DNA from: Hydrurus foetidus
Lineage: Eukaryota
Length of the DNA stretch: 52,957 bases
Reading direction: 5' to 3'
Assembly (NCBI GenBank): GCA_900617105.1
Contig: UYFQ01000170.1
Coordinates: 1-52,957 of the forward strand
The translations under genes and the position numbers were made by a program. Positions 11,858-24,600 of this stretch are shown one piece after another. The notes under the pieces were generated by a model. The model was not told where the DNA came from, searched no databases, and worked only from the letters and a program-made list of their open reading frames with translations. Every line of letters starts with the position of its first letter. The first letter of the stretch is position 1.

Positions 11858-12247
11858 AGTTGGTTCTGAAAAAATTGTAAATTTGTCCTATATATATTGT
11901 CTCAATTAATTGTTACAATGAATCGATTCATTGTATTGTGGCACTATATGGGAATAATTAATTGTCTACATTATAATGTTTCATAAATTATAAATTGACT
12001 CCGTCAGAAAATGACTGTTATAAATAAATGTCTCACAATTTTCGGCCAACATTATATGGACAATTAACTGTTGGTCAAGCCTTACCAAGGGGAGTGCTAC
12101 ACCTCGTTTAAAAAAACAATTAATTAATTAATTAATTCACTTTTTTCTCTCTCTGACCGGTCACAGCGAGAGGTCTTCAATTCTTTATTTATCCCCCACC
12201 TGGTACCTCCCACGGAGGGACCCACCCCCAATAGGTAAACCACTCTA

Positions 12248-13041
12248 GAGTGGTTTACCTTTATAAGCACACCTGATTTCAAAAAATTCTAGGACCCTGA
12301 GGTTTTAGCACACTCTAATTCTGAGTACGTTTTTGAACTCGTCTGTGTCTGAAGAAAAATGTAGGTTATTTTTTCATTTCTTCTGATGACTGGAAAGGCT
12401 TCAAACCAGGGGGGTCTAAATGTTGGGTGCTACCCCTGTGCTTAAATAGAATTAATTAGCTGAAATTCACGGAAAAGGGTAAAAATTCGTATTCAAATAA
12501 CCGTTTACGAATTTCCTTATACGGTACTTTAACGGGATCCGGCTAAATTTTATTGTTTACGGTAAAATATTTTATCGCAAACGGTTAGATACGGCCACAC
12601 CTTGGTGCACTGTAAGCTCAAGAGTCGACAATTGATAGCAGGCTGTTCGAGTCTTGGGAAGAACTCGATAACTACTTGCACAGCTATTACGGCCACGGCG
12701 TCGAAATTGAAGGCAGTCAACCATCCGAATCTGACGTCAAATGCTTAAAAGTGTTCTATGATAATGCATCTAGCGATGATATATTTATGATTGATTCATC
12801 ATGGTATCAACATTCTCTCTTTAATTAATAAGTAAAATCTTAATATGTTCATCAATATTGCTAAAACGCTCTCGCCGCTTCATCCCAAACTATCATTATT
12901 GACTTATATGGGCCCTATGAACCCTATATACACGATAACATAAGGCGTATACGGAATACAGATATTGATACTTAAATCCGTATTCCCAGGAAATTTAGTG
13001 TGCTCTTAATTGAAATTTAAGAAACAATAGGTAAACCACTC
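12248..13041. mobile_element. MITE copy 2, intact (794 bp)
   Basis: TA|GAGTGGTTTACCT ... AGGTAAACCACTC|TA; no coding capacity. Confidence 0.9.
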
Positions 13042-13529
13042 TACCGAAATTTGACCACACAATTCGGAATTTGGATTGAATATCCCCACACCTCACACCA
13101 TACAAATACGAAGTATACAGTATGGGTTGCGGTTGCGGTCCTTGGTGGCAACAGGTGTCGCTGGCAGTGGTAAATTCTTCGCATCGGAAAGAAAACGTGT
13201 AACAACTCCGTCCGTAACACTGATCATTTCATGCTGGGAAATGTCGTGGGTGCAGAAACATGTGTATGGTTCAGATGCAACAGGGCATCTGAACATGCGA
13301 CATTTGCATTCGTCCGAGAATGCGCAGCAACCATTGATAGTTTTTTTTGGTGACGCAACTGTTTCTTCCATTCTCAAGCCACGAATGATGCAATCTATAG
13401 CCTTTTGGCGTATCGTTGCAATGAACGAACGCAATCACGCGTAGGCATACATAAACTTTTTGAAACTGAAAATTGAATTCAACGGCTCTGCGACAGAGAA
13501 TTGAGTAAAAAACGTTTCAAGTTCCAGTA

Positions 13530-16500
13530 CTGGGATTAATTGGGTCCTGCGGGAAAAATTGGGTCCCGCACTTGGATGTGGAGAAACTCATCATGACCTG
13601 CCAACTTTTAACTCCAGATATCACAACAATCATAGCGGCTGCCGATGACATTTCTAGTACAATGTCCCTACTAATAGGTACTGCTAGAAAAGCAGCGCCG
13701 CAGTCAATTTTGCTGCAGCTTCAATGGTTCTGTAGCTATCGACTGCCAAAGAGATCGGTTTTTCTTTCCAAAAGGTAACATTTTTTGCAACCTCATGAAG
13801 CCTATCGCTCATATCTGAAAGCTGAAAATCTCGTAGTATGTGCGTAACACCTATCTCATCGGTTGAAATTTCAGAAATAGCCCAAAGTGATCTCATTACA
13901 GAGTTGTCGATCATGACGTCAAGACCTGAACTGTCACTTTTTGTCTGACCTCTCAGGTATCATATCCTACAAATTGTTCCTATCGTTTCCTACCAAAGAG
14001 CAATTGATTTTCATTCGCCTCACACTTAGAGTGAGCTATACCTCTGTCATCCTCTCAATCAACATCTAATGATAGCAACCTTTCAATCCATTTTATGTGA
14101 CGTTATTACGCTATTCGGGAAAGCAGATGCCATAAAAGAGAGGTTTTGCTGCGATGACTGAGTTTCAAATGGAGGAGAGACGGCGCAAAGATGTATATAA
14201 TAATCCTCCACCACCGAGTATTAACAAGGCGGCTAACATGGCTAACGCCTTGAAATGGCACGCTTGGGGGTGGAGTATGATAGACTCCTACACCAAGGCA
14301 GGTGTGAGCAAAAAAGCCTTCAAGAGGTGAGATAAGATGAGTTCTTATCCTTCAAGTATACGTCATTAATAATTCTGTAATTGGCAATTAGGGCACAAGC
14401 CGATATTCAAAAAGGTGGAAGCGGATTCGACTTAAAAATTGGACGTCCATCTTTGCTGTCCGAGAGTGGTGTGGCATTGCTTAATCAGCATCTTGTGTCA
14501 AGCGCTAAGAGCTGTAAAGCTATAAAGGAATATGAGTTTGGTGCTGTATTACGTACAGCCATATCAGATGATAATAACAACGCATTCGCTGATATCACAC
14601 TTGATCCAAAAACTATTAAGAAATACCAAAAAAAGGCCGCCGGGGTAGTGAGATCGGCTGATGTAAAATCTGATAGCAGATTGAAAGCATTCGAAAATAT
14701 AAGAAATCAAATCTCGTGTGCGGCTGCCATGAAATATATCTTCCAGTCCGTTAACCACTGTCTGTTCTTTTCTTGCGACGACGTCTCGATATTGGTTAAC
14801 AAGATGGACGATGTGAAGCCGAAGGTTATCTTGACGAAGGATGCGATAGAGTTCCTGAACTCACATCATTTGTCCGTATCAACTGATGGTGCTCAGGAGC
14901 AGCAGAGGATGATCACTTTTAATTTGTGCATTGGAGGAGGCTGTGAGGCTCCATCAAAGGTCATCAAATTTGCTGATCGCAATTTCGAAGACCTAAAATT
15001 GAGTCCAAAAGTCATCATACTAGAGCCTGATTTGAGCATTATTCTATACCACCCATCACTGGATGAAATTCAACTTAATAATTGGATGTTTCAACTCTGC
15101 ATTATTCCACAGCTCGAACTGTTAAGGTATGCACTGATATTAAAAAAACTTAATTTAATATACACTTTTTCTAGTAACGTATTTTTAAAAATGATAGATC
15201 AAAGGCAATAAAAGACGAACTTGATGGCATTCCAGATATGCGATTGTCTCAATCCTCGGTTCCAGATCAGATTGAAATGACATCTGCAGAGAATGTAAAT
15301 GAGGTAGAACGACATGAGAAGATCAAAGAGAAATACAAGTATATATGCATAGCATTTGATGGGGATCATCCTCAAATAGCTGCAACAGAAAGGTTTTTAA
15401 TACCTAGAAGCATTTCCAAGAAACAGGACCTCGTGTTCGCGAAGTGGGCAGGCGGGTGCTCGATGACACAGTCCCCAAATGACAATAACAGAGGAATGCA
15501 TCCCGTGCTGAAGAAAATATACGGGGACAGCAAATTTCGTTACGATAGTATAGCCGATCCCTCAGGGGGAAAATGGGTGCTGCTGAAAGCGTATCTAAAG
15601 AGGTACTTGGAACCAGCATCGTTCCGCACCGTCTGGAAGGCAATATGCTACGCACCTTCAACACTGCAAAACGCCTGCAAGTCATCGAGTATCCGCAGTG
15701 CATATCACAATACAGGTATCATTGATCAACAGAAATTGATCGAAATACAGAATGGGTCAGACACGGACCCAAGTAACCCAAGAACTATCTTGGGTGTCAA
15801 TCCCTTCTTCAATACTTTCTCCAAGGAAGATGGAGACTTCCTATTGAGCAAGATAGACGAGTTTGCAGAAATCACCTCGAGATTCGGCTACATCCCCGAG
15901 GAAGAATATGCTACGGTGCTTATGGGTAAAATGTACCTCGATAACTGCCCTCTTGTAAAGCCAGGAGCGAAACCTTTGAACGACATGGTGACAAACAGAC
16001 AGAGGAACATCATTATGTCAAATGAGGCATTTACAGAACAGTCACGTGCTAGGACAGAGAATATTAAGATGGCAACTGCAGATAAAGAATCAAAAGATGT
16101 GAATATAAAAGTGTACAGGCCAGCGGACAAGCTAATCGCATTGCAGAAAAAAAAAGAAGAAAAAAATAGGATTGAGAGGGAGGTAATTGAGGGGAGAAGA
16201 AAAAAAGAAGAAGAAAAAGAAGTGGCGAAGAAAGAGAAGATGAAGGAGAAGAACGAGGTGAAAAGAAGAAGAGAAGTAGAGAAAGATCTCAATAAAAGAA
16301 GCAAGAAAAACACCGCCGTACTGAATTCATAACAAAGTGCCACCATAAATTTTTAGTCTATCGTTGTCGTTCAAATCCACCGATCCGAAAATCCAATTGT
16401 AACATCGCACGAAACTTCCCATTTCCAACTTCAAATACGATTGTCATAATCAGTAATTATACTTGATTTCACCAGCGCGTATCATTCTCGTTCTACATTT

Positions 16501-17330
16501 GTTACTCTCAAATAAAATTCAGTCGAATTCAATTTATGCTCCACTTTACACGGTCACTATGGCGGTCGACAGTATTAAGTGAACCCGTCGATACCAAAAT
16601 AAATGAAAATGTTTCCAAAGACAGATTTACTGCATCAAGAAACGCGAGGAGTCTCAAAGAACGACTATCATCATCTGACAAAAATCTTGAGTGACGAAGT
16701 GCATTATCGCCCGCTCTTGACAAGGATATGAAGCTGCTTTCCCGAATAGCGTAATAACGTCACATAAAATGGATTGAAAGGTTGCTATCATTAGATGTTG
16801 GTTGAGAGGATGACAGAGGAATGGCTCACTCTAAGTGTGAGTCGAATGAAAATCATTTGCTCTTTGGTAGGAAACGATAGGAACAATTTGTAGGATACGA
16901 TACCTGAGAGGTCAGACAAAAAGTGACAGTTCAGGTCTTGACGTCATGATCGACAACTCTGTAATGAGATCACTTTGGGCTATTTCTGAAATTTCAACCG
17001 ATGAAATAGGTGTTACGCACATACTACGAGATTTTCAGCTTTCAGATATGAGCGATAGGCTTCATGAGGTTGCAAAAAATGTTACCTTTTGGAAAGAAAA
17101 ACCGATCTCTTTGGCAGTCGATAGCTACAGAACCATTGAAGCTGCAGCAAAATTGACTGCGGCGCTGCTTTTCTAGCAGTACCTATTAGTAGGGACATTG
17201 TACTAGAAATGTCATCGGCAGCCGCTATGATTGTTGTGATATCTGGAGTTAAAAGTTGGCAGGTCATGATGAGTTTCTCCACATCCAAGTGCGGGACCCA
17301 ATTTTTCCCGAAGGACCCAATTAATCCCAG
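13530..17330 (+). mobile_element. Pogo/Tc1-mariner-superfamily DNA transposon with ~597-bp TIRs and TA flanks
   Basis: 13530-14126 and 16734-17330 are near-perfect inverted repeats starting CTGGGATTAATTGGGTCC. TA at 13528-13529 and 17331-17332. Encloses a DDD transposase gene. Confidence 0.9.
14154..16332 (+). CDS. Pogo-like (DDE_1/CENP-B-type) transposase, 3 exons, 680 aa
   Basis: Exons 14154-14326, 14392-15126 and 15198-16332 join in frame through GT-AG introns. N-terminal HTH-like segment and GRP motif; catalytic-like motifs FSCDD, AFDG and SMTQSPND; lysine/glutamate-rich tail. Confidence 0.8.
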
Positions 17331-17720
17331 TACTGGATTTTGATTTCGGATTTTCGATCACTTTTTACGATACTGCATCATTTTTTACGATTTGTTACAG
17401 TACGGAACAATACACTCTGTTATCTGTTTTTCACGGTCAACAAACAGTAATGATAACTCGGTATAGCCGTCGAGCTGTTTGAGGTAACTGTTGCATATGC
17501 ATTTCTTGACGGTGAAATAGCGCGGCGGTTGGAGAATAATTCGAGCACACAGAAAAATATGCAAGAAGGTCTTCGGAATGCAAGAAGCACACCGCGTATT
17601 TGGCAATTTATCTCGGATCATGATGTCACAACAAATGAAAAAATAAGACCTTCAGTGGGATGATTTGAAACTAGATTGTATGATGATATTACAATGTAAA
17701 ATTCCTCACAGTAAGATAAA

Positions 17721-18535
17721 GTATAATGTATAATGTATAATGTATAATGTATAATGTATAATGTATAATGTATAATGTATAATGTATAATGTATAATGTA
17801 TAATGTATAATGTATAATGTATAATGTATAATGTATAATGTATAATGTATAATGTATAATGTATAATGTATAATGTATAATGTATAATGTATAATGTATA
17901 ATGTATAATGTATAATGTATAATGTATAATGTATAATGTATAATGTATAATGTATAATGTATAATGTATAATGTATAATGTATAATGTATAATGTATAAT
18001 GTATAATGTATAATGTATAATGTATAATGTATAATGTATAATGTATAATGTATAATGTATAATGTATAATGTATAATGTATAATGTATAATGTATAATGT
18101 ATAATGTATAATGTATAATGTATAATGTATAATGTATAATGTATAATGTATAATGTATAATGTATAATGTATAATGTATAATGTATAATGTATAATGTAT
18201 AATGTATAATGTATAATGTATAATGTATAATGTATAATGTATAATGTATAATGTATAATGTATAATGTATAATGTATAATGTATAATGTATAATGTATAA
18301 TGTATAATGTATAATGTATAATGTATAATGTATAATGTATAATGTATAATGTATAATGTATAATGTATAATGTATAATGTATAATGTATAATGTATAATG
18401 TATAATGTATAATGTATAATGTATAATGTATAATGTATAATGTATAATGTATAATGTATAATGTATAATGTATAATGTATAATGTATAATGTATAATGTA
18501 TAATGTATAATGTATAATGTATAATGTATAATGTA
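17721..18535. repeat. Perfect heptamer array (TATAATG)n, about 116 copies
   Basis: Uninterrupted tataatg repeats over about 815 bp. Confidence 0.98.
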
Positions 18536-18618
18536 AAATGTATCTTGTATGATTCGTTATACTGTTCAAGATGCACTTTATCTGTTGATCGAAGTACCCG
18601 ATGGCGATATCAACCGTT

Positions 18619-19335
18619 CCCAGTGCTGTCAAAAAGTCCGCACGGTCACTTTAGCCCCGATAACTCCATGAATAAATTTCAAAAAACACTTTGGAAAATT
18701 GCTTTCATGTAATTTGATAGTGCTTTCCGTGAATCCGAAATAAAAAAAGTTCAAAAATAATTTTATTCCACTGACGTTTCCTCACCTCAATATTTGCTTT
18801 TCCCAAATTTGACCAAACCAGTTTTTAGAAAGAGATGGGGTATTCATCAAGTCAAGAATACTTAACTTAGTATGGAACCGCGAGGGTTTGACTTGAAACG
18901 GAGGATTTCTCGAGATACAATGACTTCAGTCGTAAATCGAGGTGTTTTAACGGTTTTCGAGTGTGATTTTTCACAGATTCCGTGGGGAAACACCTCGATT
19001 TACGACTGAAGTCATTGTATCTCGAGAAATCCTCCGTTTCAAGTCAAACCCTCGCGGTTCCGTACTAAGTTAAGTATTCTTGACTTGATGAATACCCCAT
19101 CTTTTTCTAAAAGCAGGTTTGGTCAAATTTGGGAAAAGCGAATATTGAGGTGAGGAAACGTCAGTGGAATAAAATTATTTTTGAACTTTTTTTATTTCGG
19201 ATTCACGGAAAGCACTATCAAATTACACGAAAGCAATTTTCCAAAGTGTTTTTTGAAATTTATCCATGGAGTTATCGGGGCTAAAGTGACCGTGCGGACT
19301 TTTTGACACCGTGCGGACTTTTTGACAGCACTGGG
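18619..19335. mobile_element. Fold-back/MITE-like element: ~330-bp inverted arms with a 40-bp spacer
   Basis: 18619-18947 is the reverse complement of 18988-19335, with few mismatches. Termini CCCAGTG...CACTGGG. The right arm carries a 19-bp tandem duplication. No clear TSD (possibly TT). Confidence 0.85.
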
Positions 19336-19567
19336 TTTGCTAAATTTAGATGAATTGAGATGATCATACCACAGTCTTGCATTGATATCTGAGATCACGA
19401 ATGTGTTCATCTCATGTGTCATTTAGGTACATTAATATCGTTTTCCGGTACTTCTATTACCAAATATAGTTCGGCTTTCAAACGGATTATACCCTCTCTT
19501 GTTGCTTGTTGTCTGGTCACTTGTCACCGCTGAGATCGATCGATCGAAATCATCAGTTTTAGACAAA

Positions 19568-20731
19568 ATGCAAACCGAGTATGGGGAAGAGCTGTGGAAA
19601 GCCCTCCAAATTTGTGACAGCAGCTTCCCTGGTGGTTCTTTTGCCCATTCCTTCGGCCTTGAAAGCGCCTTGAATCACAGATTTGTGACCGAAGAAGTTG
19701 GCACCCTTGACTCCTTCGTTTTATTGACACTTGAGCAAGCAAACAGCCAATTGATTCCTTTCGTCGTATCAGCGCACGATCTGTACTTTTGCAGTTCAAG
19801 TGCCGATTTAAGTCATCCTGTAAACTTAGGAAGAGACGACATTTTAAACGAGTTCACTATCATCGATGGGACTTGCCACATCTCCCTCACGAACGAGGTC
19901 GCGAGAAGATCCTCAATCAATCAAGGTGGGGATTGATTTTATTTGATATGATTGGATTGGCCCGATCTTTTTGCGGCATGAGAATTCCTGTTGCCGCAAT
20001 AAAAAGCTAAATTGTTGTGTAAATTAAGTCAGAAATGACGATCATCGAGCGTACTCTAATGCTACGGCCAATTTATTGTAGGTAAATGCTTCCTACGGGC
20101 GGCAACAGAGGCCTTCTCCAGCACGGCTGGCGAGTTAAAAAAGCTCTCAGATAAATTGACTTCGATGAAAGACCACGAAATAAAGAATTTGAGGACAAAA
20201 AACGTATCGTCATCAGTTTCAGTAGATTGCAACGATCCGCTAGTAAATTCCCATGCACAAAAGCCATTGTCTGACGATGCTGTAAATCCAATTTCGAAAC
20301 GTTTTCGATGCCACTACGCTCCAATATTCGGAGCTGTTTGTGCAACTTTGAATATCTCGAAGGGCATGACGATGCGGATGTTCCTAAGATGCATTGTCAG
20401 AGACATATTCTCGTCAGCAGCGAGATTGAATATCATGGGACCATTGGAAGGTGCCAAGAAGCAAAGTGAATTCTCCAGCATAATCGAGAAGGTCTTGACT
20501 TCTTTCAGGCCTTCGGAAGGATTGAATATGACGATGGGAGTTACCACATTCCCTCTCGATGTTAAAGAGAAGACTTCATGCTCTGCTTCTCATGCAAGCA
20601 CAGAGAGCACTAGTGCTCTAGAGAGTGGGATCGCGAAAAGGCAACGGGTTGAATCTGTCATAACCTCACCCATACTAGAACTACTGCAAGCGCGACATGA
20701 TGTTCTTTACGCCAGACTTTTTAATTCTTAA
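19568..20731 (+). CDS. ureF: Urease accessory protein UreF, 2 exons
   Basis: N-terminal LQICDSSFPGGSFAHSFGLE and C-terminal HDVLYARLFNS hallmarks. Intron 19926-20081 joins SSINQG/KCFLRAA in frame. Confidence 0.93.
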
Positions 20732-21606
20732 CACATCTAGACTGGCAATACATTTTTCAGTTTCAATTGAATACTGCTCGTATACCATACGTGATCGCCG
20801 GAGATTACTAATTCAGTGAAATACATCCTCCGATAAAAAAGAGGATCGCCGAAGAGGCCTTATTTTGTAGTATCAGAATAGAATGCTTAAAATGCTATTG
20901 GATCAAACTGTTTTTTCAAGGAAAATAATCTTTTTCTCCTCGGTCATTAATTATCAATCGGAAGGATTAAGTACCAAGTGTCCCCTACCTACTTGACAGA
21001 ACGCATCTCAATAGCCTGATTGAGGTAGAGTCATCGAGATTTGTGTAGATTTCCTGAATATCTTGTTGCTTTTTGCACTTCATGGGTAGCTTTCCTGCAG
21101 ACACTGCTCTGATTGATTGAGAGGGCGAGAGTTGATAGATGGTAGGGAGAATAGCTTAACTTCTAATTCAGATTCTGAAATACAGATGGCCGTACACATT
21201 CCGCTGCATTAGCAGTTGTAGCTAGCAAAGACGGTGAGGTATGCAACCATGGGGTATTTCAAACTTGAATATTTGATATTTGGGGGTGTTGGTCATTTCC
21301 ACATCAGCTCTTTGTTTTGTTTTTTTATTGGGGGTAGAAGAAAGAATCGATGCTATAGCTTCTGTGACAATCAGCTGCAATCTGCAGTGGCATTTAAATA
21401 CGGACAGGAATAATTCAACCTCAGGGTATGCTTTCCCTCGTCATCATCAGTACAGCGTTATGAATATCGAAATCTGCTATCCCTTTGATGCATTTTCATC
21501 GACCGGAGAGTCATTCGCTATGCATTGTAATTGTATCCAACCTACATCTCGATAATGGCACACTGAATACCTATCAATCAATGTATCGCATCACGTCATA
21601 TCTGCA

Positions 21607-24600
21607 CTACTCTCTAGTACTTCTTCTCTGTCTGTCTCTGTCTCTTCCTCTATCTCTGTTGGATCTCGAGGCAGACCCTGACCTGGACCTTGAACCCGAT
21701 CTGGATCTGGAATGGGACTTATCCACTTCCCGTCTGAATCGCTTCTGTGCCCCCTCTTTGTCCCCTCTACGCACAGGAGACCCATCTGCATCGACATCTC
21801 GATCTGCAGGACGCTTTCGAGCCTGTGCACTGTTCTCCTTATCATCCGAGACTGCTGCTTTACTGCCCTCCTTCTCCTCCTCTGTGGCCCCAGCCCTCCT
21901 GGTACTATCCTTGTCCTTGTCCCTGTCCCTGTCATGGCGCCTTTCTGGCCTATCATCCTGTCTATCGATGGTAGCCACTCTCTCACGGGAGGGTGACCGA
22001 CGGACTCTGGATCTAGATTCCACATTGCGAGTTCTGTCATTCCTGTCCTTGCTGCGCCTGTCTCTCTCATGTCTGTCACCGCTGCGCCTGTTCCTCTCGT
22101 CCCTCTCCTCGCTCCTGCGTCCACTGCTGGTGTCCTTATTTCTGTTGACAGGGACGTACCTCTCCCTCTCTTGCTCTCTGCGTCTCGGGGCATCAGATTC
22201 TTCATCGCGTCTACTCCTGTCTCTTCCTCCCTCCCTGCCACCACCCTCCCTGCGCGGACCTGACCCCCCTGCGCGTCCATCGTTTCTGCGCTTCTCCTCC
22301 CTGTCGCTGCCCTCATCCGCCCTGTGAGTAGAGTCCCCAGATTTCTCTACTGCTTTCCGAGCCTTCACGTCGTCGTCACTATTATCTCCCACATCCCTTC
22401 CATCGCGGTTGCCCGTTCTTCCATTCCCATGTCCATGTCGGCCATCATCCCTGTCATTTCTATTACGACTTCTTCTACGTATCTCCCCTCCGTTATCTCT
22501 CATCTCTTGTCTCTTGTCGTCCCTGCCGTTTTGATGACTGCTACGTATCTCCCTCTCTCCATCCCGTCCGTTACCACGACCGCTCACTTTGTCTGTGTTG
22601 TCTTGATCACGTCCCTTGTCGCTGTCACGCTCTCTCGTATTGCCTGCATCGCGTCTGCCGGCATCTCTAGTGGGTGCTCGGGAAGATGGTCTCTCATCTT
22701 CACTGTCGTACCTACCAGACTTGGGGACAGGAGCTGTAACAGCTGGTGTGACGATGGCTTTCTTGACCTCCTGATTTTTCCTATTACTATTGCTACTGCT
22801 GCTTCCCTTCCCCTTCTTCTTCTCATCTTCACTATCCGATGATGAAGAAGATGAAGAGCTGGAAGAGGAGGAGGTAGATGAAGACGAGCTGTCGCTGTCG
22901 CTATCACTATCAGAAGATGAACCAGAGCTGCTGCTGCTGCTACTGCTGCTGGAACTAGAACTCGAGCTGGAGTCTGAGGAAGAGTCACTGTCACTGCTTG
23001 AAGAATCGCTGCTGCTTTCTCCCTTGGCGGCTTTAAGTGCTTGTTGTTGAAGGAGCTGTGCTTGCATCTGTTGTGCAAGGATCTTGGGGGCATTCTTCAA
23101 ATGCTCTGAGTGATGAAATAAAAAAGAAGGGACAAAAAATTATGTAATGGATAGGAAAGAGAACAATGACGAAAAGGTGGAGAGGAGAGAGAGAAAAAAG
23201 AGAGAAAAATGGATAGGGAACAGAGAAATAGATAACGGAAAGGGAGATGAGAGGTAAAAAAGAAGGAGAGGAGTGGGATAAGAGGAAGGGTCTAAGAGAC
23301 GGATAGATAGGAGTAGAATAAGTGATGCGCAATGGTCGGCAAGGACGTCTTTATCATGCACAGCTGAGAATTCTTTGTGCACTCGCTCACCTCTCAAGCC
23401 GTCAGTGAGTCCGCCCAACCCAATGGAGGTGAAGAAATTGATGGCGAATCGAGTGTCCCTCGCATTGTCTCTAGGGAACAGGCCCGAGAAGACGTCCTGA
23501 TGGATGCGATTGAGAAGGGCAGGAGGGTTAGTGGTCAGTGGAGGTAAGGGGAGGGGTTAGTGTGTGACGTGTGAGAAATAATGCTATTCATGTGATGATG
23601 TCAGTCAGTCAGTCAGTCAGACAGGTGCACAAGTAGCGGTGAATCCATCTTCACTAGAGTGAATTACAGTGAAGCAGTGAAGTGCAGTGCAGGGCAGGTC
23701 ACATCTCCGTGAAAGTGCGACAGAGTGCGATATCTCACCTGCATGTACGGGTCACTGTAACGGTCTCGGAGCATCGCTAGGCCTGAACATGAAGGAAAGG
23801 GAAAGGGTTCAAAGGCGGTCACGATAGGTGTGATATAGATAAGATACTGTCGACACATATGAGGAGTTCAATGTTTCTATCGCAAGTGCAGGAGTGTTCA
23901 TCTTAGTTACACACATGCCCGTGATTAGACACGTGCACAGTGAGTACAACACACACTCACGCACACACACATGATGCATTGTACTACACGTAGCGCTCTT
24001 TACCTAGTGTCTCTGACAATTCTTGGACAAGCACTTTGATGAAAATACGTGACGAAGACGTGGTATCCGTTTCGTTCAGTTTAATGTACTCCAAACAGGT
24101 CCAGGGGAGCCCGTCAGTACCTGCGCAGAAAATCGAGTTAAATAGGTCAGATCAGATCAGATCAGGAGAGAGGAGAGTGTGTTAGGGTGCGGTAGGACAA
24201 CGGAGGGCATAATAGGGAATAGTGTGGTAGAGTGACACGCAGAGAAGTGGTAGTTGAATTGATCACGAGAGAAAGAGAAAGACTGAGATAAAGACAAGGA
24301 GCTGTGAGATAGGAATGATGCATGAGACCTTTTGCAGTGACCGTCCTACATAACAAGTGATGGCATATGTACGTACAGTGTATGCTAATGAAAAGGAGTA
24401 GCGATACATACACAACACAAAGGACCGTAATCGTAACTACAAGTAGTCTCGATATATCGGAAGAGAGTAGTCTGAGGAAATGAAGTCCTTTGTTTTCAAA
24501 TCATGGATCTTGCTTTGCATGCAATGGGATGAGGATCGCTAACGAGTTCGATATGATAATCGTTCAGATTATCACTCACCAAGAAGATGGGCAAAGAACT

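Larger units (their letters stand above)
5821..12230. mobile_element. Unclassified 6.4-kb insertion with TGGGGG...CCCCCA termini and a 2-bp AT target duplication
   Basis: The empty site in MITE copy 2 is gaaacaATaggtaaacc. Here it reads gaaacaAT[TGGGGG...CCCCCA]ATaggtaaacc. Confidence 0.75.
5031..12245. mobile_element. MITE copy 1 (~800 bp; TIR GAGTGGTTTACCT; TA flanks), interrupted by an insertion at 5821-12230
   Basis: 5031-5820 is near-identical to 12248-13028. The missing right end AGGTAAACCACTC is at 12233-12245. TA at 5029-5030 and 12246-12247. Confidence 0.85.

Noticed and set aside
13572..17288. Duplicated 68-aa and 76-aa ORFs
   Set aside because: They are identical only because they lie in the two TIRs; no evidence of coding.
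17689..18632. HYTLYII-repeat ORFs and a telomere interpretation
   Set aside because: Translation artefact of the heptamer array. The motif lacks the G-run of known telomeric repeats and is interstitial.
21485..23093. Overlapping and antisense ORFs over the CWC22 last exon
   Set aside because: Expected from low-complexity coding sequence.
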